DNA of 64,000 nt from a phage, in the NCBI GenBank assembly GCA_011835815.1, contig GCA_011835815.1_3615.1. The stretch is one strand, 5' to 3'. Position 1 is the first letter of the stretch, and each line of letters starts with the position of its first letter. Under the pieces are notes generated by a model, which saw only the letters and a program-made list of their open reading frames with translations, ran no database searches and was not told the origin of the DNA. Position numbers and translations under genes: made by a program. Positions 62,093-64,000 of this stretch are shown one piece after another.

Positions 62093-63469
62093 ATGCCATA
62101 TTTAGATAAAGTGGTAGATGTTACAGTTAACCTCGGAACCCAGCCTATTGACACTGTAGGTTTCGAAACTCCCCTGTTCATCGCTATCCACAACAACTTT
62201 ACTGAGCGAGCTCGCGTATATGCAGAGCTGGATCAGATGGTGGAAGATGGTTTCGCACAAGGCTCTGCAGCGTATGAGTTTGCAGCAAAAGCTTTTGGTG
62301 GTGTATTCCCTCCACAATACGTTATGATCGGCAGACAGGCCAAAGAAAAGACAACTGTAGATTTTAAAGGTATTGCTGCCGCAGCTGATACCGATGTCGT
62401 AATGACTATTGCAAAAGGTAGCTACAATACTTCTTTGATAGTACCTATCTCTGGTGGAACAGGTGCAACTCAGATTGCAGAGTCAATGAAGACTAAGATC
62501 GAAGCAGATGATAACTTGGACGATATCACTGTAGAGGCTGCCGATGGTGTTATCACCATCACTGGTGACTGCACTGTTGGTTATCATACTGGTAACTATA
62601 CAATCAAAAATATCGCCAATGCTGAAAAACCTTCTACAGTAGTTGATAAGATCAATGCTGAGCGTGACAATTGGTACTTCCTGTGCCATGAAGACCACAC
62701 CGACATTGAAGCATGTGCGAAGTGGGCTCAGGCTAACTACAAGCTGCATGTCTACTCTACTGCAGAAGATGTGACTGGTAAAGATAATAACATCGCCACC
62801 AAACTGATGGCTGCACAATATGACAGTGTTGGCATGTACGATCCTCGTGCTGATAAAGATTTTCCAGAGGGTGGTATCGTAGGCGCTATGGCATCCAACG
62901 ATCCGTCTTACGGTGACAGCTTGCATTTAAAACAGATGCCTGGTGTGATTGCACCATCTATGACTTTAACTCAGCGTATGGCGATTTGGGAAAACCACGT
63001 TAACTTCTACAGAATGATTAACGGTGTTGGCGCTTTCTGGGAAGGCAAGTGTGCTTCAGGTCAGTATGCAGACGCTATTCGTTTTGCGCACTGGATCAAG
63101 TTCAGATCTGAAGAATCCATGTTTGGGTACATGCATCGTCGCTCTAATATGGGTTTAAGCATGAAGATGTCTGATGATGATCTTCCGGTTATCAAGTCTG
63201 TTCTGATGAACAACCCGATCAATACTGGCATTAAGAATGGCGCGATCCTGACAGGTTTTGACGAAGACAACAATGTGTTCTACGACCCGATCATCACAGT
63301 TCCTAAACGTGCAGAGATCCCAACCAATCAGTTGGCTGCTCGTGTTCTGGAAGGTGTGAAAGTAGAACTGGTGTATAATAACGCCCTGCACTTCGTTCGT
63401 ATCCGGATCAACGTCCTTCTGGACAAAGTTGGTTCTAAATCCACCAATGCTGTTGCAATGACTGAATAA
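62093..63469 (+). CDS. tail sheath protein (putative)
   Basis: 458 aa; large structural ORF immediately followed by a tube-sized ORF; by size and order only. Confidence 0.5.
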   Translation: MPYLDKVVDVTVNLGTQPIDTVGFETPLFIAIHNNFTERARVYAELDQMVEDGFAQGSAAYEFAAKAFGGVFPPQYVMIGRQAKEKTTVDFKGIAAAADTDVVMTIAKGSYNTSLIVPISGGTGATQIAESMKTKIEADDNLDDITVEAADGVITITGDCTVGYHTGNYTIKNIANAEKPSTVVDKINAERDNWYFLCHEDHTDIEACAKWAQANYKLHVYSTAEDVTGKDNNIATKLMAAQYDSVGMYDPRADKDFPEGGIVGAMASNDPSYGDSLHLKQMPGVIAPSMTLTQRMAIWENHVNFYRMINGVGAFWEGKCASGQYADAIRFAHWIKFRSEESMFGYMHRRSNMGLSMKMSDDDLPVIKSVLMNNPINTGIKNGAILTGFDEDNNVFYDPIITVPKRAEIPTNQLAARVLEGVKVELVYNNALHFVRIRINVLLDKVGSKSTNAVAMTE

Positions 63470-63479
63470 GGAAGACTAG

Positions 63480-63953
63480 ATGGAAACTCAAATTTTAACT
63501 CCTTATGCGTATGACCCTAAAAAGGTCAAACTGTACCTGATGCAGCAGCGTGTCACTGGCTTCGCTGCTGACACCAAGATCGTTGTTTCAAGAAACGAAG
63601 ACAACATCTACCCTCACGTTGGTGTGGATGGCGAAATGTCTGCGGCCCTGTCTCGTAACCAATCTGGTGTTATGACTGTATCTTTGCAGAACACTTCTGT
63701 ATGGAACGCTTACCTTTCTGACTGGCAGAAACAGGCATCGATTACTGGTCTGGTATTCTTCCCAGTTCTGCTGGAAGGTAGCCAGGGTCCTGGTATTTCC
63801 ACAATCGGTTGGATCCAGAAACAGCCTGACCTGACTTACGGAACCGAAGTAGGTCAACTGGACTGGGATATCGGTATTCTGGATGCATGGCTCAACCGTG
63901 ATAACATCACTGGTGCTCTTACTGGCCTCGCAGGTCTTGCAGGTATTATCTAA
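63480..63953 (+). CDS. tail tube protein (putative)
   Basis: 157 aa; directly downstream of the sheath candidate; terminator follows. Confidence 0.5.
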   Translation: METQILTPYAYDPKKVKLYLMQQRVTGFAADTKIVVSRNEDNIYPHVGVDGEMSAALSRNQSGVMTVSLQNTSVWNAYLSDWQKQASITGLVFFPVLLEGSQGPGISTIGWIQKQPDLTYGTEVGQLDWDIGILDAWLNRDNITGALTGLAGLAGII

Positions 63954-63971
63954 GGGCGCACTTTAGCATAA

Positions 63972-63997
63972 GCCTCACCTTCGGGTGGGGCTTTTTG
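63972..63997 (+). terminator. rho-independent terminator
   Basis: GCCTCACC-TTCG-GGTGGGGC hairpin followed by TTTTT. Confidence 0.7.
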
Positions 63998-64000
63998 CTT

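Noticed and set aside
1-64000. Assignment of the window to a T5-like siphovirus, based on the shared accessory repertoire (tRNAs, RNR, PhoH, Sir2-like, FEN exonuclease, deoxynucleotidase-like gene)
   Set aside because: Here the scaffold-like and capsid genes are separate and there is a sheath/tube-like pair, which does not fit the T5 structural module as I remember it; identity is left open.
1-64000. Integrase, excisionase, transposase or attachment sites indicating a prophage or mobile element
   Set aside because: No tyrosine or serine recombinase, no DDE transposase signatures and no terminal inverted repeats seen; the content is consistent with a virulent phage.

Overview
This 64-kb window looks like part of a large virulent tailed phage (Caudoviricetes) infecting a Gram-negative, probably enterobacterial, host. 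No integrase, transposase, rRNA or CRISPR array was found. All calls come from reading the ORF translations and the DNA by eye; no database search or folding was run, and hand-counted coordinates for RNAs, repeats and promoters may be off by 1-2 nt. The window has three transcriptional blocks: (1) 1-7154, + strand, small early genes each with a sigma70-like promoter and hairpin terminator; (2) 7155-9649, a 2.5-kb gene desert full of short repeat families; (3) 9650-46414, - strand, starting with a dense array of small paralogous proteins that contains a ribosome hibernation factor homolog, then PhoH, ClpP-like protease, a full nucleotide-metabolism module (NrdA/B, NrdD/G, glutaredoxin, ThyX-like, dNMP kinase), two adenine methyltransferases, recombination/repair nucleases, lambda R-like endolysin, DNA ligase, Sir2-like protein and an Rnl1-type RNA ligase. 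From 46515 the + strand carries a kinase and metallophosphatase (with the RNA ligase, a likely tRNA repair cassette), a candidate origin with four 19-bp iterons, two GC-rich structured islands, a seven-member tRNA cluster, a spanin pair, and the structural module (terminase large subunit, portal, scaffold, capsid, putative sheath and tube). The most notable single feature is a roughly 320-nt ORF-less group I intron splitting the terminase large-subunit gene. The combination of tRNAs, RNA repair enzymes and a hibernation factor suggests a toolkit for protecting translation, but that is inference.
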